Part shown: positions 40,722 to 54,220 of the stretch, piece by piece
Position numbering within the stretch: position 1 is the stretch's first letter
How the letters are laid out: each line of letters begins with the position of its first letter
Assembly: GCA_964057225.1 (NCBI GenBank)
Contig: OZ059899.1
Location: 13,702,001-13,766,000 of the forward strand
Length of the DNA: 64,000 bases
Origin: Auanema rhodensis
Taxonomy: Eukaryota; Animalia; Nematoda
Reading direction: 5' to 3'
Notes under the pieces: model-generated
Told to the model about the DNA's origin: nothing
Database searches by the model: none
Seen by the model: the letters and a program-made list of their open reading frames with translations, nothing else
Translations under genes and position numbers: made by a program

Positions 40722-42407
40722 ATGATCTCATCTAAACTAATTGCTAGTCGTGGACTCACGCGGATATCAAGAAGACATATCTTGTCCGCTAAATTCTCCT
40801 TAGAAAAGGAGTGGAGTTTCAGACATGGTGAGCTTCAGAAGTTGGGCTTGGGAGGAGACTATGAATGGATTAGTGCAGTCCAGAAGAAATTCATCGGAGG
40901 TGGTATTGCAAGTGCTGTAGATGTTGATGCAGCTTTATGCGTCGCTCAACATAAAGATCAAGTTGATTTGATTGGCTTAGTATTTTGTTATCAAGTATTT
41001 TCAGGTTAATGATGCTATTGAATTGGTTTACAAATTGAGGCACAGTGAAAATGCCGCGGACCTCCCATCATCCGGTGAATATGCACTTATACGGCTCTTG
41101 TTGAAACACGAACCCGAACTTATCTTCAAATTAGCTAATGATCCCGTAAGTACTTTTGTCAAGTTACCCAAAAAATTCCACGTGCTTTCGGAAAACGTGA
41201 ATTTTCATTTTCACTACTGCATTCATGTAAACTGGTTGCTAACTTACAACACTTATGTTTAAATGAATTCTTATTTTCATGTTTCAGATTAATTATGGAA
41301 TTTTTTTAAATGAACACTCAGCTTGTTTAACCATTGATTATTTCTTAAAAAGAGAAAATATTCAAGGAGCCGCTTATATTTCATCTTGGGTAATGCAACA
41401 AGAAATGACTGAAAATGAGTTGTTGAATTTATTAGGTACATTTATTGTTTTTAATATTTGTTATTACATTGACTTCTTAGGCTTATACGCTTGTACTAAA
41501 TGGGCTGAGCTGCCTGCTGATCAGCAAACTATGCCAATTGCTGAGCAGGAAGAAATTGAATACAATGAAGATGATATGGTTGGTATAAATTCAATTTTTG
41601 TTTTATTTATCGAAGTCTTATATTTAATTGTTTCAGAAAACATTCAGATATCCTTATCTCAAAAACCCATGCTTCGATTCTCACTTTGATTTGGCAGAAC
41701 CAGCACATCTCGCTGGTAAAACTTTGATGTGGTTGACCAGAGATTCCAAGAGTTTGTCGACTGAGTTGAAAAATTCTCTTCGTCTTTTGGGTGCTGTATT
41801 CTATAATCAGTTAGTTTTCTTGAAATTAATGCTTTAATTACTTTATTTTTTTACTTTGTTAGACTGAGTGTTGTTGAAACACTTGCTTCTTCTGCTATTC
41901 ATGGAAGTGTAGCTGATATTGTCAGAGCTAAACTTACTCCTGCTGAAGGAGCTGAAGCTGATCCTGTTGTAGAGAAAATTTTGAGTAAATTAGAAAACTG
42001 CAAAGCTAATGACAAGTCATTAAGTGAACTTGTATTAGAAGAACTTAATAAGGTATAATAATAAGAATTTTGTTTGCATTATGCAAGGTTTAAACTTAAG
42101 ATTCAAACTAAAGAAGAAGAATCAATAGTTAGCAAACAGATGACTGAATTTGCTGATTGGAATGATAGACGACAGAAATTAGTAAAAGCTCAAGCTAAAC
42201 GCGTTTTGCTCAGAGTAAGCCAGAATCATCTATATAGCACATCGTTTATTGTAGATTCGTAAAGAAGAAATTGCTAAAGAGTTAAAGGATTTGGAATATG
42301 AAAAGGAGAAGATGTTCTTCTTTGAAAATCGTTTGAAATGGGAGAAGAAGGCCAATGAAAATAAGGAGATCATGGAAGAGAGAGCTCATGCTCTTAAGTC
42401 CGCTTAA
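40722..42407 (+). CDS. mrps-27: Mitochondrial ribosomal protein S27 (mS27)-like
   Basis: Mitochondrial presequence RRHILSAKFSLEKEW, SAVDVD, KLRHS, DPINYGIFLN, YLKNPCFDSHFDL, basic coiled-coil C-terminus. Confidence 0.82.
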
Positions 42408-42580
42408 TTTTTAGTACTTTAGTATAGATATATAATAGTAATTATTGTTTTATTTGTTGAATTTGTTGATAAAATCACGGTTATCTGTATGTATCTAGAC
42501 GTTATCGTATAATTTGGTATACATCCTTGAATATCTTCATTGAATAGATGATTTTGCTATTTATATTATATTATATTCAG

Positions 42581-43185
42581 ATGATCTCAGCGAAAACTAA
42601 AGAAATGGAAAACCGCAGTCGTCTTCGTAAGTTGTTACTCACAAATCTGATGAAAATATTCGAATAATTGTAGTAGCCGAGCGATTAACGGATGGAATAC
42701 GTGTATTGGATCATGATCCCTCTCTAGCACTATATCGCTTACAAGGTTTGTAATGATACGAATTGATGTTAGTCTTAATTGCTATTTAGAACATATAGGC
42801 CGAAGTATGCCAGGCTTAGTTAAACGCAAACTACTTCTAACCCAGGAAAGTACCACTCTATCAGGTGCTCAATTTGACTTGGAAAATGCATTAAAGTGAG
42901 TACAGATAAAATGCTTGTGTTACAGTGCTTTTATTGTTTTGCTGTGTTTTTCAGCACCGTGGATGGAATCAAAAAAGCATCTCCAAACTTTGAAAGTTGC
43001 ATTGAAATGTTGAAGAATTGCATGTTTTATAAACAACAAATAGATTATAATGTATCAAGAAAGGTTCGTCACCTCATAAAGATATTGTTTTCAAAATTTC
43101 GGTTTAGACTACTACTGATGGAGCGGTTAAGGGCCGTAGCAAATCATTACATAATGTGGGTAGAAATTCCCCAAACAGTGATTAA
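42581..43185 (+). CDS. BORC subunit 8 (MEF2BNB)-like small coiled-coil protein
   Basis: [35 protein letters not shown] matches the EPSVALYRLQEHV-type signature. Confidence 0.85.
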
Positions 43186-43256
43186 AACACTTTAAAAAAT
43201 TTATTTATTTAATTCTTAAAAATGTAAAAAGTGTATAAACTGTACCAAATAGGTTT

Positions 43257-43812
43257 TTAAACACGAGCATCTTCAAATTTGGCTACAACTCCATCGCATT
43301 CAGCTGTGGTATGAAGAATATTTCCTTCAACCCATCTCTCAATGTAAGAAGGCTTTTGTCCACTCTGTAAATGAAGAAATAAAAATTTTTACAAATGTAG
43401 TTCAAGATTACAACAGAAGCTGTTTGTTTGTGAATTAATTTTCCATTTTCAACTGTGATGATTGCCTTGTACTTTCTACCATCTGCAGTAGTCTCTTCAC
43501 ATTCCTTAATATAGCAATTACATAATGATAAACCCATGTTATATCCGATACTTACCTCACCCAAGCGGAAATCAAATCGACTATTCTTTACGGTTGAATA
43601 GAATAAGAAACTCCATGTACCATCGTCGTTCTTTTTGAATTCAACGGAAGGACTTGAAGCATCTGCGACTTTGCGAAGTAAGAAGGAAACTCCACAAGCC
43701 TATAGTATTAACTTATTGTAGTATAATACGAATTAAATGAAAATAATACCTTAAGATAAGGGTCGAAGTTCTCAGATTTAACTTGACTCCAACGACCTTC
43801 AAAAGTCTCCAT
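43257..43812 (-). CDS. Intracellular lipid-binding protein (FABP/LBP family), 4 exons
   Basis: FEGRWSQVKSENFDPYLKACGV, FRLGEECEETTADGRK, ENGKLIHKQ. Confidence 0.93.
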
Positions 43813-44768
43813 GTTTTCAACGAACTAAATGATTTAACTGTATGCGAGCAAGCAAGACTAATGTGACAATTGAAAACGATTTAAAAACTTTAAAACAACA
43901 CATGAAATGATATAGACACAAGAAAAATTTGTTGAGTCAGTGATCAAAAACAGTCTTATCTCAAATTTCTTATCAACAATTCAACGGATTGCTGGTGCCA
44001 GCGTGCCAATATGGTCCAGATAAACTATAGTTGTCACAATGATATTTTCTATACTTTGCTACCATTCAAGACGAAAGAGTAGATCTTTCATTCATATATC
44101 AAGATCCGGGTTTGATTTCTTGTGATCAATAGCTAATGTTCAATGTATCAAACAACCTGATTAAAAAAAGAAAAGAAAACAACATTTCGTACGACGACGA
44201 CAACGACAAAAAATGGAAGAAATAGCCAAATGTAAAACTGATGTTCTAACTTATAGAATAGCTGATATACCTAGTGTCTGCAGATTAATTATAGATTCAA
44301 AACTTGTTTATCTACATCGAATATCCTCTTAAATTGTTTTTTTTGACGTTCGAAACAATTTCATTATCGTTCATTATAATCATATATAACTACTTTTATC
44401 TAGTATATTTCTCAAAATCTCATATAATCAGCATCAAATTTACTTTTAAATAAACTAAATTTAGATATAATTGGATGAAAAATGAATATATATATAGTTT
44501 TTGTATAAATATATAAGTATAGGTTTAGTTTATTTAGTTTAAAATATAGTTATAAAAGTATTTCAAGTGGATTATTATCTCTTTTCACTCATTTTTCTTC
44601 TACACTTCGATGTTTTATACTACGAACTTTGCTCAAACTATTCAAATCAACATCATTAACTAATGATTTGATTTTTAATCAAAACTTTTTCATTTCTTCT
44701 CCTTAATTTTAAAATTTTTCGATATAACCTCATTAAATTTAAGATGAAACTTAAACATTTCAGATAAA

Positions 44769-45550
44769 ATGCAAATTGAATCTGGACAATTACCTGATCT
44801 AAGCTTGTACAACATCATCCAAAATATTATCAGCATGACAATCATATTATTATTTATTTTTAATAGTTTTATATTTATAAAAACTTCAATGAAAGATTCT
44901 ATAAGCTATAGGAATACTACATATGTTCAATGTGTTTGAAAATTGATTTTTACTTTTGAAATTATTTAAAAAAAGGTTAAGTTGTATTACTTTTTACTTT
45001 TTTTGGCAGATTTTATCTAGTTCTAAAAGAAAATTTGATGGATATAGAATTGGAATACCTTGTTATCATTCTTATATCGTTGGCTAATTATATCAGATTC
45101 TGATCAAATATTGAAGGCATTCGATTCAAATTCAAAGTTTTATTTTTTATTTTAGAATAAGATTTTCTTTTATTTATTATTTTTTATAATAATAATTATA
45201 TTTGAAATACCAAGTGCAACTTTATCTCTTCTTGTTGTTATCACGGGACTATCCTATTGAACAAGCTCATCTTAATGTAATTTATGAATTATTATACTCA
45301 AGGGATATGCGGATTATTTGATAACCGAAGCATAAATCTAATGATACTTTCTCAAAAACAGAAACAAGCATTAGTTTCAAATCATATTTTAAGCTGTAAA
45401 CGCCTAATTTAATGCATTTTTGGACTAATTTTGATATTGAAATAGTCCCATATTTCGAAGTCATATCTGGAGTTACCCTGCGTTCAGGCTTTGGAGCCGA
45501 AAGCTCTGTATCCACAGAGCTCTGAGTAAAATAAAATTAAATAGTTTTTA
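44769..45550 (+). pseudogene. Possible degraded serpentine (7TM chemoreceptor-like) gene
   Basis: ATG after a TTTCAG acceptor gives MQIESGQLPDLSLYNIIQNIISMTIILLFIFNSFIFIKTSMKDSISYRN. Further hydrophobic fragments follow (KIFFYLLFFIIIIIFEIPSATLSLLVV; IFGLILIL/NSPIFR). I could not join them without stops or frameshifts. Confidence 0.3.
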
Positions 45551-47474
45551 GCTAACGACAGTTCAATTCGACTTTCTTCAAAAAACAAAAATCTTTCACC
45601 TATCTCCCAGAATCACATAGAACATAGGCTATACTATATCTGATCACAGTCTTTTTCTTCAAACTTTTAGCAAAAAGCGCAAGTTTTATTTTTAAAAGCA
45701 AAAGCTTGAAAACAAGAAGAAATATCAAAACATTTTTTATATTAATTTCAAAAAACTATAAAATTTCTAAATATAGAAGGAACAACTAAAACGTCTAACA
45801 AGCAAGTTGTTTAAAGCTTAAATCTTTCAGGTTTTCACGATTTGCGTTTATGCTATAGCTAAATCAATTAAGAATAAAGAATCTGTATTATCAGAAAAGA
45901 ATCTTGGGAAAAGAATTGTTAAATCTTGAAATCCTTACTCATTCAAATGAATATTTCGATTTTTTTTGGATTTCATCTACTCTCTCTAGTAGCCACGCTC
46001 AAACTCTGCAATTGCTCACAGTACTTTTCGTTATCTACTGTCTTACCATAATCGAGAAGTTCTAAGTGGGGAAGTCAATCGCAATTCCAGGAAACACAAC
46101 ACAAAACTTTTTTAGGGGAAATTCCTGAAAAACACCACAATCCTCTCCCAAAACTCTCTCTAACTTAAACTTAGAGTTATCTCTCTCTCTCTTTCTTCCT
46201 CTTCTCATCTTCTAAATCTCCTGTTCGAAACTTTTTAAACGATATTTTAATTGAATAACCTAATTTCTTATTTTTTCTCTCTTAATTACTACGTTTTCTA
46301 TTATATTTTTAGGTTTTAATTCAAGTTCAAACTTAAAAAAATATTATTAAGCTACGTATGCGTATAATGATTCAACTTGGAATTTAACTAATTATTTTAA
46401 TTTGTATTATTATAACGAAATATCATGTTGTCAAGATACAGATATTCAAATAATTCTTAATTTCGAATCACATTTCTCATCATCTGAGCCTCAAAGAAAG
46501 AGTTACATCTTTGAACTTACTCTCTATAACATAAGCTTCACTAAACTTCTTAAGCATTAGAAATGACCACATTAATGAATAAGAACTCTAAAATCTGAGC
46601 ATAAAGCTTAACCAACCTTTTACTAATATGTATATGTGTGTTTGAATCCTATAAAAACATTAAAACCTATGTTTACTTCAGAAAGTAAACTACTATGTTT
46701 TCCTAAAATGTTTGTTTTTGGCTTTCTTTGTCTAAAGTTTTTAGATATAAGCTTACATTGTGAGTATTAACAACAAAACTTAAGGCTCTAAGCACAAAAC
46801 TTTGATATATTCAAGTTGATATCCCTAATAAACTGAACGAATGTCAGAATTTTGTTTGAATCCTTCATATTTTAAAAGTTTTATCTTGCGATATCAATAC
46901 CATCTGTTACAAGCTTAACACAATTTCAAAACTTGAGTAACAACTGCTGTTGTGAGAGAGTTTGCGTGTGTGATGATGGTGGTGGTAGGTGTGCGAGGGA
47001 GTAAAGTGGGGTGGATGACGATAATAGAACTTATCATAGATCTTTGTTTTTTCAAAAAAAAAAATTTTGAAATTGTTTTTTGTGAAGAAAAAAGAAGAAA
47101 TTACGTGTTGATTTCTCAAATGTTTATTACATCTTACTCGTACGATGCCTTTTGTATACAATACAGTAAAAGAAAAATGAAAATACACAGCAAATATGGT
47201 AAGAATGATTTCTGCTAAGAAAATTAAAAAAAAAGATTTGAACCTTGTGACGATTAAATCAAATTTTTTGAAAATTAGAAGATGTTTAAAACATCTAGTT
47301 AACGAGTAGTAGCATACATATTAGATACTGATAGATGATAAGTGAAAACAGAAGTATAATTCTAGCAAATTAGCACTTGTTTAAGGTGCTTCTACCTTTA
47401 ACTATACATATAGTTTAGTTATACGAAGAACAGAAAGAGATTGCTTGTAAACTTCAAACTTCAACCTAAGCATC

Positions 47475-49429
47475 TTAGTGATGTTCGCCTTGTTGTTGTT
47501 GTTGTTGATGGTTAATAGGTAGCTGGTCAGGAATAGCTTCTTCAGGGAATTCCAATTCCCAGATTCTCTTCAAGTGCTTGCCTTTCACATCACGTGGCAT
47601 TCCGAATCCAGTCATTCCCTAAAAGTAAATTTCATTAATTATGGTTTTATGACTAAAGATATCAGGCTTCGCACACAACTTCATGCTTCGAACATTAAGA
47701 AAAACATGCTGATATTTAATTAAAATTCTGTTAGTTGGGAGTTTTTTTTCTTTTTTTGACACAAAAATTTGAACGTTTTGCTTGTCTTGAACAAGAATAT
47801 AAAAAAAATATTTCTACTTAAACAAATAGTATTTGAGAACAAATCAAATAAATATTAGACATGTTACAATTAGAAATTGAGAAAAATCAGATGATTATGA
47901 AGAGTATTCAATTCCTTTTTTTGTTTTTGAAATCACTATGAATATTGAAAATTACAAGTATTTCTAGATGATTTCATTCATTCATTTCTTTCTATTCTTT
48001 TGAAATAATTAGTTTAGATAATTTCTCATTTACTCAGTTATATCCTCCATATCTTGACTAACCCATGTTTAAGCTATTTCCAAAAAATTAAACTGAAAAT
48101 ACGAAAATCTATCGAAAGAGCTGCTCTTGATGTGATCAGAATATTTCAAAATTCTCAGAAAAATGTGGCAGCAGCTTAAGCTTGTATTAAGTAGCATCTG
48201 GTTACACTTCTTAAACGATAAGATAAATGTTTTTTGAATAAAATAGCTTTTGTGACCCAATAATCAAAGCTTACGCCAATCAAAAATTAGAGTATTGTGT
48301 GCTGATTGTTGGGTCTCGAGAACGCGAACCGTTTGTTTAGGCCGTGAAAGCGAAATCCTCAAATCTCATTGGTTTGAGTTGACGGTAAAAAGATAAAAAA
48401 CGTTCTCTACTTTATCGCTACAAACTGTCATGAGAAATGAATGAAAAACAACTAATGAAAGGTTTTTATATGAAATTGAGATTTTTGTTTTGTGAAAAGG
48501 AGAGTTGGGGGGGGGGGAGGTTGAAGATGAAGATGAAGCTGAAATTCAGCATATGAACCGATCAACGGCTTATCTCGATGATTAGATTAGTTGACAAGTA
48601 ACAACAACATGCAACACACGGACAACATTGAAATATACGTCACAAAGAACAGAACAAACCTTCTGACTCTCATACTGATTAGTTCCAGATTGGAGTCGGA
48701 CAATACTATCATTAGCTCTAAGTTGATCAATGGACCAGCGCTTACCATCATCAGCAAATTGGACGGGAGTCTGGGTATTACGTGGCATACCGAAGCCAGT
48801 TTTTCCCTAATAACATATAAGCATTGTTAATGAAACATACACAAGTGACATATTGAAAATAAAAGTTTTTGCTATACTTCTCACACATCCTATGTGACTC
48901 ATGCTTAGACGAATGAGTGTAATCGGCTTAAACCGACAAACGAAACAAGTGTTTGTAACATATGTAAATTATAAAAAAAAACATTTTAGGACATGTAGTT
49001 ACACGTGAAAGGCACTAAAGAAACAGAAAAAATGTGTGAAGTTTAGAGAAAACCAGGTTAGAAACATACTCTTTGAGAGTCGAATTGATTTGTGCCACTC
49101 TGAAGTGGTACAATGGCATCAGATTGTCTCAACTGTCGAAGAGTCCATTTGCCTGGAAAATTGTGAAGATTCATATCAAATTTACATAATTATACGTGAA
49201 ACTACATATATATTATGAATAAATAGCTTATACAACTTGAAACTTACCATCTCTTGTTCTTCTCTCGTTTGACTCAGTGCTTGGTACCTCAACGGCAGCA
49301 ACTTTGAGACCGGCTTCTGGAATATCAGAGATGAATGAGATATAAATTTAAATATTATTAGTTAATTATTGAAATATATAGTAATATTGAGGAAACAGTT
49401 GCTAATCGGCTTACCTGCGTTGGCTGACA
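47475..49429 (-). CDS. Small calponin-like (CLIK) repeat protein with two repeats, 5 exons
   Basis: MSANA|EAGLKVAAVEVPSTESNERRTRD|GKWTLRQLRQSDAIVPLQSGTNQFDSQR|GKTGFGMPR...IVRLQSGTNQYESQK|GMTGFGMPRDVKGKHLKRIWELEFPEEAIPDQLPINHQQQQQQGEHH*. All introns are GT-AG and in phase. Confidence 0.88.
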
Positions 49430-51175
49430 TTTTGCGTTTGACAGTCACTCTCACGGACGATGAAACTAAGTGAAGGAGACAGCTTTGGCTGTTTCTCGAT
49501 GACGATGCGGTGGATGGAGGTGGAGTTGGAAGAGATAGAAGGATGTAGACGCTCCTCCTTCACCTCCTCCGTATTCTCTCTATTTCATCCACCTACTGTT
49601 GCAACTTCTCCATCTGTCCTTCTCTCTCAATCTCTCTCTCTCTCTTGCTCGCGCTCTCCATTCCTTCAACACTATATCTCACGTGAAGAAATTTCAACAT
49701 CAATGGCTTTTTCTTTTTTCTTCGTCATCTCGCCAACTAACTGTTTCTTCAAGCATCATCTTGTCGGAATCTCATTCATTGTAATAGTCTTTCATTAATT
49801 TATGTTTGCTACTACCGCCACCTACTCTCTCTAGCTCTCGCTCAGAAGAGCTCTGATGTCTAGATGATGCAAGAGCAAAGCAGAGATAGCACATCGATAC
49901 AGGTGAAGGCAGAGAAGTGAAGAGAGACTAATATACTGAAAGACAGTTACGGCTCAATCTGATATCTCACGCTCTCTGTCATCTGTCATACTATTTCAGT
50001 ATTCTGACGATACTGAAGTCGCGTCAACCGCTTTTTGGTGAATGGTAAGCGCATTGGGGATATCCCGTTCTCTTTTCCTCTTTTCTCTCTGTATATGAGA
50101 GCAATGTGAATGCAAAAACTGAGTCTGTAACAATCCGTCTTGGCTTTTCAATCGTTTCAACATCTGGATGTTGAGCATGCTGCATGCATTGTCTTACTTT
50201 GACTCAGCGATTGTGAAAGAAATGATATGTGGAGGCGTATACCCTGAGGCGACATCTTACTTCTAATTTGCTCTCTATCTCAACCATCCTCTTCAGCCTG
50301 TCCCGCTCTTAAAGAAGCTGATCATTAACACCTCAAGACAACACATTTCCGGTTGACAGTTTCGAAATGTTTAGAAGAACAGTTGTGTGGGTGTGTTGAG
50401 AAGTGCTTAACGTACTTATCATCATCAGCATCATCAGTCATCTTGTTTTTCCATCAAAACCTTCTACAACTTACTTTCAAGCTTTAAGTTATAATCCAGA
50501 AGATTGCAAATGACAAATCAACATAATCCTCAACGAATAATTGAATGACAATACACAATAGTTACCAATGAACTTGAGGATAAACTAGTTGACGTTGAAG
50601 AGCAACCGTTCTCAACAAGCTCAAAACTAAAAATAATCCTGACAAACCACGTGCCACGTGATAATATAAGAATGACGTCATTATATAGTTTGTATTCAAA
50701 TTAATTATATGAATGATTATGAACAACAAATAAATTTGAAAATCATTGTTTCTAATTGGAAATGTAACTTCGTGAATTTTATAGCTTAGATGAAGTATAC
50801 CCAAGATTCTTAGTCCAAAATCTGTTTAGGAAAATGTTTTTTCTCTTATAATTCATCGTTTGCACTTAAAACTTACGTTCACACTTCAATAATTGTTGAA
50901 TTACAAACGTAAACTAAGGTCAGACACTTGATAAGATGATGCTGATGATGATGAAGTATTTGATCTTTTCGTCATTTGCGTATCTTTCATCGTAAAAGTG
51001 AAAAAGTTGTAATTAGAATACAAAGAAATCCAGATAAACTTGATGCTGAATAATCGTTTTGAGTTAGTTCAAAGGCTCTTCAGGAGTTTTCTTTGTTTTA
51101 AATCATATTTGCTTTTCATTATTATGCTCTGTACAAATAAAACGACACGTAGATCTTTCTTATACCTTTTCCCTT

Positions 51176-51184
51176 CTCTCTCTC

Positions 51185-51223
<39 letters not shown>
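51176..51223. repeat. (CT)n microsatellite
   Basis: Near-perfect CT run between unc-87 and the small CLIK gene. Confidence 0.9.
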
Positions 51224-51230
<7 letters not shown>

Positions 51231-51929
51231 CCTTTTACTTAATCTCTCGTATTACATGTTTCATTGGCAAAACAATTAGGTAAATTTTTCATTTTTCATA
51301 CAAAAACTGCTCGAAGATTATGATTAAACATATCATATAACATTTAGTTTCTTTTGTTTTCATATGTAATTTCAATGAAAATAATTGTTTTTTCATCAGA
51401 TTTCAATCAATAAAATAAAAATAATTGAGTCGTCAGCAGTTCATTTCTATTTCTGGAGTAAAAAACAAAAATGAAACATACGAAATGTAAAATCAAATAT
51501 AAGCTTGAGAGAGACAGACAATGACATAGAGGGTGGACTGTCATTTTGGACAAAACCGATGATGGTTGCCGATGGTACCGAGAGAGAGAGAGAGAGAAAA
51601 GAGAGAAGATTCTGATACATAAAGAGAAAATATGAGGAAAATAAGAAATAAACAGAAGTAGTAGACACTGGCTGTAGGTTTTGGTATAAGGGGAGTATGG
51701 TTGAAGTCTCTGGGGGGGCAGGGGAAGTGGGGCTATGCACAAAGAAATTTAAAATTTTCTTTTTTTTTTGTGAAATTTTCGTTTTTTAATTAAAAAATTT
51801 TGATTGGCTGTAGTAGTAGTTGTCGGACACCAGCTTCTTCATTCAAAATTACGATAATTAACAGAATTATGCATGTATCAGATACGAGTACGACGTTCAC
51901 ACACACACACACAAATAGAGTTCATTCGT

Positions 51930-54176
51930 TTAGAGACGGTCCAAGGATACCTAAATTAGATATATACATATAGTTAATTATTTATAATTTCTCACCTCGG
52001 CTTCTTCGGGGTATTCCAATTCCCAGATTCTCTTCAAGTGCTTGCCCTTGACGTCACGGGAAGCTCCGAATGAGGTCATTTGCTGTAATAGTTTCAGATT
52101 TGTTTTTGATGTTTAAAGGATGATTGTGCCAACCTTCTGAGAGTCTCCCTTGTTCCAACCAGCTTGGCTTGGGATGATGGTCTCAGAGATCTTCATTGAT
52201 TCGTATGGAAGTTCACCTCCTTCAGCTTCGTATGTGGTGTTTCTGCATGTACCGAAGCCAGTCATACCCTAGAGCATGAGAAATTGGTAAGATAAGATTT
52301 TAACCTGATGATCGAACCTGCTGTGAAGCAAATCTGTTGGTACCGGATTGAAGACGAACCATACCTTGAGATTTGCGGTTTTGCCAAGAGATAGAGGGGT
52401 CGAGGACCTAAATCATATCATATAGATCGATGAAGTGTTCAAGAACTGAGAAGTACATACCTCCCAACGGGGCTGTCCAAATCCGGTCATTCCTCTCTGG
52501 GAAGCGTACTTGTTGGATCCCATCTGGCATGGAATAGTAGTCTGATCAATGGAAGCTTCGTGGCTGTATTCAGGATGGTTGGTGTCAACCATCTTGGTGG
52601 TCTCACGACGAGCAGTACCGAAGCCCATCATACCCTACAACAGAGAAATAAGATTCTGAATGCATAAAATGATTAACAAACCAACCTTCTGGGAAGCGAA
52701 CTTGTTGGTACCAGATTGGAGAGGGATTTGACTCTGATCAATGGAAGCTTCGTGGCTGTATTCAGGGTGCTTGCTGTCAACCATCTTGGTGGTCTCACGA
52801 CGAGCAGTACCGAATCCAACCATTCCCTGAAAATAGGAAAAAAGTAATTTTTGAAAAAGAAAAAACGGATTATTACCTTTTGAGAATCATACTTGTTGGT
52901 ACCAGCTTGAAGACGGACAATTCCCTCAGAAAGGCGAATCTTCTCTTCGGGGAGTTCCTGAAAAAGAAATATTTGATTTGATTGAGTACATGAAGCTTAG
53001 TGTTTCAAAGATCATTGAAAAACATTTTTTTCTGATTTACATATGGCATGTAACGATGAGAAACTGGTCTTTTAGACACGTCTTTTCGAACAAATCATCT
53101 AAGCATACAAGCTGATGGAGAAGGAAAAGGAGGAAGAACATTACGTGAATTCCAGTAAACAACATGTGTTTTACGGAGAAATACAATAGAAAACTAACTA
53201 TTTGAAAGAAAACTTCATTCAAACTTCACCAATAAAGTCATCAAACCGTTACGTCCCCCCTTCCCTTTTTCCTTCTCCTCTACTCATCCGTTTTCACTTC
53301 AATTTCCAGTAAAACATATATGAAAATGAATTTTTTTTGCTTGATAACTCATAATGCAAAGAACAACGTCTGATGGTTGTGAAGATGAAAAAGAAAAAGA
53401 AGAAGTGCGAGACAAGTAAAAAATCTTTTTTACAAATAGTCTTTAGGATTAGACCAAAGATTTTCTTGCTTGTTAGCTGTTAGAGTAAGATGTATTAACA
53501 ACATCATTACAGCACAGAAAAAGTACGGAAATATATAAAAAGTGAAAAAAGATATTTAGGATTACCTGAAGGTCAGCAGGGTTGGTGTTGACATGACGTC
53601 CTTCTCTGCAGACATCACGGGGAGCTCCGAATCCGGTCATACCCTGTAAACATGATGGTTAAGTTAGCTTGAAAGAGGATTTCATGGAAATTACCCTCTG
53701 GGATGAGTACTTGTTGGTACCAGATTGAAGACGAACTTCTCCATGAGTTCTGTTGAGGATTTCTTCGGGAACCTCCTGCAAAGGAAAGAAAAAAATTAAA
53801 ATTGTAAGATTTGAAATTCAAAAAATGAAAAATTTCTTACTTTTTTCTCATTTTTAAAAGATTTTTTATAAAAATAAAGATCAACAGTTAATCGATATAT
53901 AGGAATTGATGTTTTATCGGTCATTATTATTCATTTTCATAGAATAATAATCAAAATTTATATTTTTACAAAAAGAATTTGACTGGTTTTAAACAATAAA
54001 AAACCAGAAAATGTGATTTTAAAACTGAAATTGCTGAAAGTAGATGGAGGCAAATTCATCCATACCACGCCAGTACCATCACTTTATAGCATTTATGTAT
54101 AATCCAAGTCATTTCAAAATATTTTTTCTATATTAAGTAATAATCTATTTGACTTTTTATGATAATAATCTCTCTT

Positions 54177-54220
<44 letters not shown>

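Larger units (their letters stand above)
30936..43185 (+). other. Probable SL2-type operon: uev-1, BRWD, HINFP, mrps-27, BORCS8
   Basis: Five co-oriented genes. In each gap a polyA-like hexamer (TATAAA ~31805, AATAAA ~38542, AATAAA ~40601, GATAAA ~42468) lies about 90-125 nt before an AG acceptor next to the following ATG. Confidence 0.7.

Noticed and set aside
17379-48517. G/C homopolymers of 10-11 nt (17379, 20193, 48507)
   Set aside because: Too short on their own to argue for stable G-quadruplexes.
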